From: an uncultured Gemmatimonadales bacterium
GTDB lineage: Bacteria; Gemmatimonadota; Gemmatimonadetes; Gemmatimonadales; GWC2-71-9
Direction of reading: 5' to 3'
DNA: 64,000 bases
Assembly (NCBI GenBank): GCA_963798915.1
Contig: CAWCVB010000003.1
Span: 64,001-128,000 of the forward strand
Shown here: positions 40,555 through 49,593 of the stretch, one piece after another
How the letters are laid out: each line of letters begins with the position of its first letter
How positions within the stretch are numbered: the first letter of the stretch is position 1
Notes under the pieces: generated by a model
Told to the model about the DNA's origin: nothing
The model's database searches: none
What the model saw: only the letters and a program-made list of their open reading frames with translations
Position numbers and translations under genes: made by a program

Positions 40555-41542
40555 CCAGGGCCACCATGCGATCCACGGCGCGGCGCGCCCGCTCGGCGAC
40601 GTCGGGCGCGAGCGTCACGGGAAACTGGTCCCGTTCGAGCGCCAGCTTCACCGAGGGAAGGGTGATCGACTTCATGTAGGCACACACCGCCGTGTCGTCG
40701 GCCGCCAGGAAGTGCTTCTGGGGAGCCAGCTGCGCCATGCGGTGGATGATGCCCGTCTCCGTAGCCACGATGAACGTGCGAGCCGGTCGTTCCGCTACCA
40801 GCTGCACCATGCGCTCGGTGCTGGCGACGTGCAGCCCCTCCGGATCAATGTCGCCCCGGTCCCGGGCGTGCACCAGCTGGCCAGCGCAGCCGCATTCCGG
40901 ATGCACCAGCACTTCCGCATCGGGGTGAGCTGCGCGCGCCGCATTCAGCCGGTCGGGGTTGATGCCCTTGTGCACGTGGCATTCGCCCATCCAGACCTCG
41001 ATCCGGCGACCCGGGCGCTGGTGACGCACGTGCGCGCCAAGGAAGAAATCCGGCAGGAAGAGAATGCCCTGCTCCTCCGGCACTGCGTCGATGACATCCA
41101 GCACGTTGCCACTGGTGCAGCAGTAGTCGAGTTCCGCCTTGACGTCGGCCGATGTATTCACGTAGCCGACGGCCGCGTAGCCGGGAAAGGCCGCGCGCCA
41201 GCGGCGCACGTCGTCCGCGGTGATGGTCGCGGCGAGCGAGCAGCCGGCGGCCAGGTCCGGCAGGAGCACCCGCTTGCCCGGCGAGAGAATGGCGGCGGTC
41301 TCGGCCATGAAGTGCACGCCGCAGAAGACGATCAGCTTCGCGTCGGTGGCGGCCGCCTTGCGCGAGAGCCCAAGCGAGTCGCCCACAAAATCGGCGACGT
41401 CCTGCACCTCCGGTCGCTGGTAGTTGTGCGCGATGATCAGCGCACCGCGTTCCCGCGCGAGGTGCCTGATGCCCTCCTGCAGCTCGACCACCTGCTCGGC
41501 AGAGAGGGACGAGGGCTCGATGACGGGCAGCGAAAGGCTCAT
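40529..41542 (-). CDS. nadA: Quinolinate synthase
   Basis: AHNYQ, GDSL, CGVHFMAE, YVNT, CHVH, HPEC; start at ATG 41542. Confidence 0.96.
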   Translation of the reverse strand: MSLSLPVIEPSSLSAEQVVELQEGIRHLARERGALIIAHNYQRPEVQDVADFVGDSLGLSRKAAATDAKLIVFCGVHFMAETAAILSPGKRVLLPDLAAGCSLAATITADDVRRWRAAFPGYAAVGYVNTSADVKAELDYCCTSGNVLDVIDAVPEEQGILFLPDFFLGAHVRHQRPGRRIEVWMGECHVHKGINPDRLNAARAAHPDAEVLVHPECGCAGQLVHARDRGDIDPEGLHVASTERMVQLVAERPARTFIVATETGIIHRMAQLAPQKHFLAADDTAVCAYMKSITLPSVKLALERDQFPVTLAPDVAERARRAVDRMVALGGGTKPGD

Positions 41543-43128
41543 TGCACTGGTCCGGGCGCGACTGGAGTGGTGACGGGCGCGGCCGGGAAATCCAGTCGGA
41601 CGTGCCCCCCCACGCTTTCCCGGCGCTGCAGCGCTGCCCGCGCAATCAGCCGGGCGACCAGCAACTGATTGTGCTCTCGCCAGTGCTCGCGCGGAAGCCC
41701 GCCCGCCAGTTGCGCCAGGACATGCTCGGCGTGCAGCAGCGACTCTTCCGAACGCGTCAGGCCGACGTCCGCGGTCATGGTGCGGCGCAGGGATGACAGG
41801 ACGGGCGGGACGGGCGGGGCGGGCATGGCGGGCAGGTTCGCGCCCGCCGACGTTGCTGGGATTGCGGGAGTCATGGGGCGGGCCTGGCGTGACGCGACGG
41901 CGACTGTCGACGCGTCCAGCCTGCCCAGCTCGCCCATCGTATCCGACTCGCCTGTCTGGGCCACAATCGCCCTGGCCACGCGGTCGGCAAAGACAAGCGC
42001 TTCGAGCAGGGAGTTGGAAGCCAGCCGGTTGGCGCCGTGCACACCGGTCCTGGCCACCTCGCCGCACGCGTAGAGGCCGCGGCGAGAGGTGCGGCCATCC
42101 ATGTCCGTGCCAATGCCGCCCATGGCATAGTGCAGCGCCGGCGCCACTGGAAGCAGGTCCGCACGCGCATCGAGGCCGTGGCTTGCCAGCATGGCGTGAA
42201 TGCCGGGGAAGGATTCGCTGAAGTCGGCGATGCCCCGCGCATCCAGCCAGGCACCGCCGGCCGCATCGGCGCGAGCAACGGCGCGAGCCACCACATCCCG
42301 CGGCGCCAGTTCACCACGCGGGTCGTCGTCGAGGGCAAAGCGCCGGCCAGCCCGATCAACCAGGATGGCGCCGGCCCCGCGAACCGCTTCGGAGATGAGC
42401 GGTGCCGGATTGAGCCCTGCAAGCTTCAACGCCGTCGGATGGAATTGCAGGAACTCCAGCTCGCGCAGCTCGGCGCCCACATGATAGGCCAGCGCCCAGC
42501 CGTCGCCCGTCGAGACCAGCGGGTTGGTGGTCACGTCGAAGAGCTGTCCCACGCCGCCGGTGGCCAGGACCACGGCCGTCCCCCATCGCTCAACGAGGGT
42601 GCCATCCACCTGCACCAGCCGGCAGCCGGCAATGCGACCGTCGTCCTCCAGCAGTTCCTTTACTTCCGTGAATTCCAGAATTTCAATGTCGGGATGTCGC
42701 CGGACGATCTCCGCCAACGTGGCCACGAGCACGGCGCCGGTGCGGTCACCGCCAGCATGGATGATCCGCGGGCGGGTGTGCGCCGCCTCCAGACCGAAGC
42801 GCAGCTCGCCATCCGATCCCCGGTCGAAGCGCGCCCCGAGTGAGAGCAGCTCACGGACGCGGTCGGGGCCCTCAGTGGTAAGAATGGCCACGGCCTCGGG
42901 TTCCGAGAGACCATGGCCGGCGGCCATCGTGTCGGCCGCATGCTGGCCGGGGCTGTCCCCGGGCGCGAGCGCCACCGCAATCCCGCCCTGCGCCCAGGCA
43001 CTGGCGCTGTCAGCCAGGGCGCCCTTGGTCAGCAGCACCGAGGGATGCCCTTCGCTGGCCAGGCGCCACGCGGCCCACAATCCGGCAATTCCCGCTCCGG
43101 CGATGAGCGAGGGAGTCGTCGACGTCAT
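41539..43128 (-). CDS. nadB: L-aspartate oxidase
   Basis: GAGIAG, AQGGIA, QFHPT, SEAVRG, ELAPRD, HYAMGG, HGANRLASNSL. Confidence 0.95.
   Translation of the reverse strand: MTSTTPSLIAGAGIAGLWAAWRLASEGHPSVLLTKGALADSASAWAQGGIAVALAPGDSPGQHAADTMAAGHGLSEPEAVAILTTEGPDRVRELLSLGARFDRGSDGELRFGLEAAHTRPRIIHAGGDRTGAVLVATLAEIVRRHPDIEILEFTEVKELLEDDGRIAGCRLVQVDGTLVERWGTAVVLATGGVGQLFDVTTNPLVSTGDGWALAYHVGAELRELEFLQFHPTALKLAGLNPAPLISEAVRGAGAILVDRAGRRFALDDDPRGELAPRDVVARAVARADAAGGAWLDARGIADFSESFPGIHAMLASHGLDARADLLPVAPALHYAMGGIGTDMDGRTSRRGLYACGEVARTGVHGANRLASNSLLEALVFADRVARAIVAQTGESDTMGELGRLDASTVAVASRQARPMTPAIPATSAGANLPAMPAPPVPPVLSSLRRTMTADVGLTRSEESLLHAEHVLAQLAGGLPREHWREHNQLLVARLIARAALQRRESVGGHVRLDFPAAPVTTPVAPGPVQ
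41795..41836. repeat. Nonamer array (GGCAGGACG family) inside nadB
   Basis: gacaggacg ggcgggacg ggcggggcg ggcatggcg ggcagg; same family as the intergenic arrays near 56502 and 61716. Confidence 0.65.
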
Positions 43129-43142
43129 GGGGAGAATATAGA

Positions 43143-43240
43143 GGGACTCGGGACGCGAGTCGTGGGATGGTCTGACGAGGGCGCGCGCGCTGACGGCACT
43201 TGCCGTGACCTGCTCTCAGCTTTCAGCCTTCAGCCTTCGG
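43143..43240. repeat. Heptamer arrays upstream of nadB
   Basis: GGGACTC-type units, then tctcagc tttcagc cttcagc. Confidence 0.65.
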
Positions 43241-43269
43241 TGGCCGGCCGCTGGCCGACCCGACTGCCG

Positions 43270-43686
43270 TCAGCTCGCCGCCTTCAGCCGCTGATCGCTG
43301 CCCGCGCCGCTGAGCCACGCCTCGGCTTCGGGCACGGTCCGGAAGACCATTGCATCGAGCCCGACACTGTCGAGCCGGATGGACAGCATGCGGCTCATGC
43401 CGTAGGCCACATCCACATCGGCGACGATTGCGATGGAAGAGACGCCTGCGCCTGCAAGCGCCCGGAACGCGGGCACCACGGCATCCACCTGGGCCGACGT
43501 CCACGCGCGCTGGGATGCGCAGACATCAATGAGTACTCCGGCACCCCGCTGCAGATCCGGATCCGCTCCCAGCTCAGCCAGGAGGGCGGCAACCTCGGCG
43601 GGCGTATCCACAAGCGAACTGCGGACCAGCACATAGCCGGCGGGATGCAGAGGTTCATACGTAACCATGAAGCCAAGATGGAACAT
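43270..43686 (-). CDS. Hypothetical protein, SpoIIAA/STAS-SEC14-like
   Basis: VLID..AIVADVDVAYGMSRM..VFRTVPEAEAWL pattern; start uncertain. Confidence 0.65.
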   Translation of the reverse strand: MFHLGFMVTYEPLHPAGYVLVRSSLVDTPAEVAALLAELGADPDLQRGAGVLIDVCASQRAWTSAQVDAVVPAFRALAGAGVSSIAIVADVDVAYGMSRMLSIRLDSVGLDAMVFRTVPEAEAWLSGAGSDQRLKAAS

Positions 43687-43784
43687 GACGAGCGGCTGTC
43701 AACCGTGAAAAAGACTGCAGTACCAGTGTGCAACCGTTGTCCGGGCGGCCCCAGTAACAACACGGAGCGGGTTTCGTACACCCG

Positions 43785-46364
43785 CTAACGCCCGACCTCA
43801 TCAGGCGGCGCCTGGCGACCGGGCTCCGGATAGGGAATGCTGTCGCCCTTGATCGCCCGCCACAGGATCCGGTTGAAGGCGTCATCGTCATTGCGATCCT
43901 CAAACTCGAGATCGAGCGCGGACGACTCGCGCGCGCCGCGTGTCGCGGCCGGGTTGGTCTCATCCAGCGATACGGCCGGCATCAGGGCCGAATACGGAGC
44001 GGTGTCCGGCGCGTCCCGCCAGATGTGGCGCAGCGGCGCACCAAAAAAATCGAACTGCGACAGGGCGCCGAGTCCCAGCAGGTCGGCCATGGTGGCGATT
44101 ACGTCGGTGGTGTTGGCCCAGCGATGGTGGACGCCCGCCGCCGCCCATGGCGAAATCACCAGGAGGACGGAGCGATGCGAGTCCACATGATCGGGGCCGT
44201 CCTGCGCGTCATCCTCGAGTACGAAGACCGCGCTGCTGTCCCAGAAGCGGGAACGAGACAGGCCTTCAATGATTCGCCCCAGAGCCAGGTCATTGTCCGC
44301 CATCGCCGCGCGGGGCGTTGGTGCGCCTGCCTCGGCACCGGAGGTGTGATCATTGGGCAGCCGGATGATCTGGAGCGCCGGCATCGTCCCCGCGCGCTCG
44401 TAGCCGGCCAGCGCATCGAGCCAGATGTCGGCACGGCGCTGGTCGGGAATCGACAAGTCGAAGCCGGGAAATGTGGAATCGGTATGCGTTGCGAGAAACG
44501 GCTTGACGCCGCGGTAGCCGGCTGGCAGGTCGGTCGCGGCGGTGTCCTCGATGCCGATCACGAATTCGCCAAAGTTGCGGAAGGTGATCCCGGCGCGCTG
44601 GGCCAGGTTCCAGAGGTACCCGTTGGCGGGCGACGCCACGTCGTCATCGGGAATGCCGCTGGCATTGCGCCTCAGGTCCTGTTCGCTGCCGTTGGTGCCC
44701 TCGTAGTCATAGGACCGGCCCCGACCCGAGTAGTTGCTCTGCGTGGTCTGTTCCACATAGTCGGTCGCGTATGCCGCCGTGGACCAGTTGTGGCCGTCCG
44801 CACTCACTTCCGCATTGACGAAGAACTGGTCCTCGATGCCGAACCGTTCGGCGAGGGCATGGTGATTGGGCGACTCGGAGCGCGGGAAATACACCAGCGA
44901 CGTGTCACCGTCGCCCGCCGGCAGATCACCCAGCACCTGATCGTATGTGCGATTTTCCTTGATGATGTAGATGACATGCGAAATGGGCGGGTAGCGGAAC
45001 GCGGGCGTCCGTGCGCCGCTCCACCGGTTGGCGATGGCCACCCGCTCGGTGAACGCCGCCAGCGCGTCGCTCCCCGGCGCTGGTGGAACGAACTGGGCCA
45101 GGGTACCGCCCAACTGGCTCAAGGTGTACTGGCCGGCCGACCTGGCCGGGACTCCTGGATTCCGTCCTCCCGGATTGGCGGGCGGCGCCGAGCCCTTGGC
45201 GCTCAGCACCACGAGCGAATCGCCCGCCGTGACCAGCACGGTAGGATACCAGTCAGTCGGAATCCTCCCCACCAGCCGATCGCCCTCACCGGACACCCGG
45301 TCCCACGCCACGTCCGCTGTCCCGGGTGAGAGCGCAAAGACGGCCACGGCATTGTTGTCCGCTTCTGCCACGTAGAGCGTCTTACCGTTGTGCGCAAGCG
45401 CGAGGCCGTCGGGGGTACTGCCTTCCCCCGGTCCGTCGGGTGGTGGATCAAGCAGCTCCACCAGCGTCTGCCTGCTCCTGGTGTCGACGACAATGACGCG
45501 ATCGGTGCTGGGCGACGCAACGAAGAGCCGGCTGCCGCTTCGGTTGAGCAGGAGCACCGAGGGATGGCGGCCTACGATCATGCGGCCGCGTGCCACGAGC
45601 GGGGCCGTGGACTGTCGCCCGTCGACCGTCGACCCTTGCTTCGCACCCACTGAATACACCCAGACCCCGTTCCCACCCCACGCCGAGACGTAGACGGTAC
45701 CGTCAGGCGCGACAGCGACACCGTAGGGATAGGGACCAGCAGGATAGCGCGCGATAACTTCGCCGCGAGCGACATCCACGACCGCCAGCGAGTCAGCCAG
45801 ATTCTCCGCGACGTACAGCATGCGTCCATCGGGCGAGACTGCCATCCCGGCCGGGTAGCGCGTGCCCGCTGCGCGCGGCGCCCTGGGTGCGAGCATGATT
45901 GAATCGCGAAGCGAGGCGTGCCCAGCCGCCCAGTCGTAGCGATAGACCACGTCCTGATTGCCGCCCGACGCGTACAGCACGCGGCCATCGGGCGAGACCG
46001 CGATCCCCACGAAGGCACTTGGCTGCTCGAGCAGCTGTTGCACCGCGCCGCTGGTCCGGTCCACAATGGCGACGCCCTGGGTGCCATAGCCACTCAGCAG
46101 GACGGCCAGCGAGCGGCCGTCGGATGCAAGGGCGGCTCCAAGCGGAAAGGACGCATCAAGTGGGATGGAGGAAACCGCAGGATCGAGCCAGCGGCCAGTG
46201 GGCAGGCGCTCGGTATCGCTGGCGACGGCGGCGGGCGCCGGCGTTGGCGGCGATCCTGGTGCAGGCGCGCAGGCGAGCGCGATGACGATGGCAGCAAACG
46301 GGGTGAAGCGGCGCAGGGAAAGGGCCAGCAGCACAGGTCTGACTCCGGATCTGGTCCCGGGCAA
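43785..46364 (-). CDS. Bifunctional YncE-type beta-propeller / phosphoesterase lipoprotein
   Basis: Lipobox-like ALAC; SPDGR.LY repeats; YIIKENRTYD, SADGH, PNDHT, EDDAQDGPDHVDSHRS. True start may be GTG 46334. Confidence 0.88.
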   Translation of the reverse strand: MPGTRSGVRPVLLALSLRRFTPFAAIVIALACAPAPGSPPTPAPAAVASDTERLPTGRWLDPAVSSIPLDASFPLGAALASDGRSLAVLLSGYGTQGVAIVDRTSGAVQQLLEQPSAFVGIAVSPDGRVLYASGGNQDVVYRYDWAAGHASLRDSIMLAPRAPRAAGTRYPAGMAVSPDGRMLYVAENLADSLAVVDVARGEVIARYPAGPYPYGVAVAPDGTVYVSAWGGNGVWVYSVGAKQGSTVDGRQSTAPLVARGRMIVGRHPSVLLLNRSGSRLFVASPSTDRVIVVDTRSRQTLVELLDPPPDGPGEGSTPDGLALAHNGKTLYVAEADNNAVAVFALSPGTADVAWDRVSGEGDRLVGRIPTDWYPTVLVTAGDSLVVLSAKGSAPPANPGGRNPGVPARSAGQYTLSQLGGTLAQFVPPAPGSDALAAFTERVAIANRWSGARTPAFRYPPISHVIYIIKENRTYDQVLGDLPAGDGDTSLVYFPRSESPNHHALAERFGIEDQFFVNAEVSADGHNWSTAAYATDYVEQTTQSNYSGRGRSYDYEGTNGSEQDLRRNASGIPDDDVASPANGYLWNLAQRAGITFRNFGEFVIGIEDTAATDLPAGYRGVKPFLATHTDSTFPGFDLSIPDQRRADIWLDALAGYERAGTMPALQIIRLPNDHTSGAEAGAPTPRAAMADNDLALGRIIEGLSRSRFWDSSAVFVLEDDAQDGPDHVDSHRSVLLVISPWAAAGVHHRWANTTDVIATMADLLGLGALSQFDFFGAPLRHIWRDAPDTAPYSALMPAVSLDETNPAATRGARESSALDLEFEDRNDDDAFNRILWRAIKGDSIPYPEPGRQAPPDEVGR

Positions 46365-46614
46365 GATACACCGGTGCGGCGCAGGGGGACCTTCGACTCC
46401 TCAGTCAGAACCCTATGCTCGGTGACGGTGCAACCACGTTCTCCTTGCCGGGGAGCAGGATGTCCGTCATCCCGAGGCAGGCGGCACGGCGGCACGGCGG
46501 CTGGGGATTGCTGAGTTCCACCCGGAAGTGTCGCTCGATCGAGTCCGTAGCAGCGTGCGTGACTGAGGTCGTAGCTCAATGGCTGCGGACATGTTGAGGC
46601 GAAGATGCGCCGCC

Positions 46615-46643
46615 CGGTTCATCCCCGCGGTCGCGGCGAACAC
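46615..46643 (-). CRISPR. Solitary type I-E-like CRISPR repeat (not an array)
   Basis: GTGTTCGCCGCGACCGCGGGGATGAACCG matches the enterobacterial I-E repeat GTGTTCCCCGCGCCAGCGGGGATAAACCG at 25/29; no second copy, no cas genes. Confidence 0.6.
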
Positions 46644-46855
46644 GGAATGTCGAGGCGGACGAGCGGAAGGGGCCCGCCTCGGGGTAGAGAGCACCGCTCG
46701 GCTTTCTCTGGTCGCGGCGCTTCTCTACGCTAGGATGGAGACCCGGCTCGACCCACGGGGCATCGGGGCCCGATTCAGCGTCGCCATCCCCTCCTGACGG
46801 AACCCAGTCAACGAACAGGCAGATAGATCGCAATGCTGATAATCCGGTGATCTGA

Positions 46856-47614
46856 TCACGATTCCCGCGCTACCAGTGTACACCGGACACTCGCCGTCGT
46901 GAATTCCCGCGTGAGCCGATTGTGCAGTAACGCCAACCGGCCAATCGGCCGGCATTCGAACCGCTCGAACCGTAACGGGCTCTGCTCCACCAGCCGGATA
47001 AAACGCCGGATAGTCATCTGATTGAGCCCGCCCGCCACCTCACTGAATCGCGTCGCCCCGTCCGTCTTGAAACGGCTTCGCCAGCGGATCAGCGCGGATT
47101 CGGTGAACACCAAATGCGCCCAGGGGAAGACGCTGAACAGGTGCCCGCCCAAAGGGTGGTACCAGGTCGGCCCGAAGCTGACGAACACCTGGCCCTGGGG
47201 CTTCAAATACCGGCGCATGGTGCGGAGAATGTCGGCTGGCCTGTCGAAGTGCTCGAAGGAATCGAGCGCAACAATTACGTCGGCCTGCTTGGTGGGCTGA
47301 CTGGTGAAGGTGCAGCGCTCCTTCTCACCGGAATCACGGGCCAATTGCCGCGCGCGCTCCAACCTGGTCTCGAGAATGTCCACGCCGATTACATGGGTCG
47401 CCCCGTGCTGGGCCAGTTCGACGGCTTCCTGCCCGTCGCCGCAGCCGAAGTCCAACACCGTTTTCCCTTGGCAGCGCGTCCAGATATCCGGTCCCAGCAG
47501 CATTTCGAGTTTCGAGTGGCCCCGGTAGGTAGCGCCGTCCATCTTCCCGGCTTGGAGCCGTTGGCCGTAGCGCCGCAGAAATCCATCTGCCGGCGGCCCG
47601 CCAATGACGCCCAT
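46856..47614 (-). CDS. Class I SAM-dependent methyltransferase
   Basis: VLDFGCGDG, GVDI, SFEH, LKPQG motifs; GGAGGAG SD. Confidence 0.9.
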   Translation of the reverse strand: MGVIGGPPADGFLRRYGQRLQAGKMDGATYRGHSKLEMLLGPDIWTRCQGKTVLDFGCGDGQEAVELAQHGATHVIGVDILETRLERARQLARDSGEKERCTFTSQPTKQADVIVALDSFEHFDRPADILRTMRRYLKPQGQVFVSFGPTWYHPLGGHLFSVFPWAHLVFTESALIRWRSRFKTDGATRFSEVAGGLNQMTIRRFIRLVEQSPLRFERFECRPIGRLALLHNRLTREFTTASVRCTLVARES

Positions 47615-47653
47615 CGCTCCTCCTCTGTCCGTACGGGGTCAGCTGAGCATCAC

Positions 47654-47743
47654 TCACCACGCGAGTAACGCGCCACAGAGGAGCCCGGGCAGAAGGATGA
47701 GGACGGCGAGGCACCAAAGGCGGTCGAGACGGTCAGATGGCAC
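47654..47743 (-). CDS. Putative 29-aa hydrophobic peptide
   Basis: GTG-start MPSDRLDRLWCLAVLILLPGLLCGALLAW with one TM helix; weak SD. Confidence 0.4.
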   Translation of the reverse strand: MPSDRLDRLWCLAVLILLPGLLCGALLAW

Positions 47744-48106
47744 GCTCACAGTCCAAGGCCCAGGACCGCCACAGCGCCGCCGAGTCTTCGACCGGCCGGC
47801 CTATTCCCACAGGCGTGGTCGCCCGGGTAGAGCAGTCGCGACATCCTGGACAGCGACGTAAGTCCAAGTTGAATCAGTAACTCCAACTGCGCTACTGGGA
47901 AAATCCCAATTCCGTCTCGATTACTCGGATATCGCCCGGATGGAACCAATCTATGCCCGGGGTGTGACAATCCCTCCCATCGACGATTGAGCCCCAGGCT
48001 GCGTGTATCCGCGCCGGCCCGCGCCATTGCGGTTACCGGCCCGGCTCCCGGCCCACCCATTGTGCGGCATGCCCCCTTGCGTCCCCCCACCGCCGAGCCG
48101 AGCCTT

Positions 48107-48673
48107 ATGGGTATGCCAAGTTCTGCCCCCCGCTGGACCGCCGACGCGGTCCGCGCCTTTCCCGACGACGGGAACCGCTACGAACTCGTCTCCGGCACCT
48201 TGGTCGTGACGCCGGCGCCAAGAGGCCTGCACCAGCGCGCGGTGGCGGCGCTCTTTCTGCGCCTGAGCGCATGGCTCACTGCCCACCCTGTGGCGCATCT
48301 CCTGTTCTCGCCCGCCGATATCTCCCTCGGCGAAGACGAGATCCTCCAGCCCGACCTGTTCGCGTACCAGACGCCGGCCGGCGCACCGCTCACTGAGTGG
48401 AGCGATATCAGCGCGCTGCTGCTCGTCATCGAAGTGTCCTCGCCGAGCACGGCCCGACATGACCGCCAGCTCAAGAGACGCCGGTATCAGCGCGCCGGCG
48501 TGCCCGAGTACTGGGTCGTGGACCTCGACGCCCGAACAATCGAACGGTGGCGCCCGAACGACGAAGAGCCGGAGGTGATCACCAGCCGCCTGACCTGGCA
48601 GCCAGCCAGCGACGGCCCGGTGATGGAACTGGATGTGGCAGGGATGGTCAGGGAGCTGAGAGCTGAGAGCTAA
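48107..48673 (+). CDS. Uma2-family (PD-(D/E)XK) endonuclease, copy 1
   Basis: PDDGNRYELVSG, QPDL, IEVSSPST, KRRRY, VPEYWVVD. Confidence 0.93.
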   Translation: MGMPSSAPRWTADAVRAFPDDGNRYELVSGTLVVTPAPRGLHQRAVAALFLRLSAWLTAHPVAHLLFSPADISLGEDEILQPDLFAYQTPAGAPLTEWSDISALLLVIEVSSPSTARHDRQLKRRRYQRAGVPEYWVVDLDARTIERWRPNDEEPEVITSRLTWQPASDGPVMELDVAGMVRELRAES

Positions 48674-48728
48674 ACTGAACGCTGTAAGGGCGGCTTGCGG
48701 CCGCCCGCTGAACGCTGAAGGCTGAACG
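48653..48728. repeat. GCTGAGA/GCTGAAC/GCTGAAG heptamers at the Uma2 copy 1 stop
   Basis: Degenerate 7-mer runs overlapping and following the stop codon. Confidence 0.7.
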
Positions 48729-48904
48729 AGAAGGGTCGATGGTCAAGCGCGACAGTGCTTGCTGCGCGACCCGCGCCCCAGGCGTCACCACGCACCGGCG
48801 GCGAATGGTACCGGGCTGCGCTGATCGGGTGACCGATGCGGAGCCGGGCTCGCTATCGTGGTGCCGATGCGCCCTTGCCACCCTCCCGCCGCCGAGCGTA
48901 CCGT

Positions 48905-49480
48905 ATGGGCATGCCAACCCCCGCCGCCTCCTGGACACGGGCCGAGGTCCTCGCCCTCCCCGACGACGGGAAGCGCTACGAGCTGGTGGATGGCGAGTTG
49001 CTGGTGAGCCCCAGCCCAAGCGGCATTCATCAGCGAGCGCTGCTGGAACTCTTCCGCCACGTGGACCCCTACGTCCGAACCCACCGCCTTGGCGCGACCT
49101 GCGTCGCACCGGCGGACCTTGACCTGCACTCCGGCCAGCTGGTCCAGCCTGACATGTTCGTGGGGCGCACGGTGAACGGCCGCGAACCAGTCGAGTGGGC
49201 TGAGTTCGGCATCCCGATCCTGCTGGCAGAAATTCTCTCACCCTCCACGGCCCGCTACGACCGGGTGGTCAAGCGGCGGCTTTACCAGCGCGCCGGGGTC
49301 GAAACCTGCTGGATACTGGATCTGGACGCTCGCCTGGCGGAGGTGTGGACGCCGCAATCCGCTCAGCCGAGCATCGTGGATGGCGAACTGCTCTGGCAGC
49401 CGGACATGGCGCTGGATCCGCTGCGGGTGGACCTGCCGGGATTTTTCCAGGAAGTGTTCCGGGAGGGAGCTGAGGGCTGA
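48905..49480 (+). CDS. Uma2-family endonuclease, copy 2
   Basis: PDDGKRYELVDG, QPDM, EILSPST, KRRLY. May start at the second ATG (48911). Confidence 0.93.
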   Translation: MGMPTPAASWTRAEVLALPDDGKRYELVDGELLVSPSPSGIHQRALLELFRHVDPYVRTHRLGATCVAPADLDLHSGQLVQPDMFVGRTVNGREPVEWAEFGIPILLAEILSPSTARYDRVVKRRLYQRAGVETCWILDLDARLAEVWTPQSAQPSIVDGELLWQPDMALDPLRVDLPGFFQEVFREGAEG

Positions 49481-49593
49481 ACGCAGCGCGGCACCTGGAG
49501 CCACACTGCGTTCGTTCGATGACAGGCACTGATCCGCGCAGCGCCATAATGGCCGATGCGCCCTTGCCACCCTCCTGCCGCCGAGCGTACCGT

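Noticed and set aside
46386..46512. REP-like fragments (CCTTCGACTCC..., GTCATCCCGAG...)
   Set aside because: Single degenerate copies without a matching inverted partner or a transposase in the window.
46568..46600. GTAGCTCAATGG resembling a tRNA D-arm
   Set aside because: No T-arm (GTTCGA), anticodon stem or acceptor pairing at the right spacing.
46560..46810. Possible degenerate CRISPR array around the solitary repeat
   Set aside because: No further repeat at ~61-nt periodicity; partial likenesses near 46699 and 46782 are too weak.
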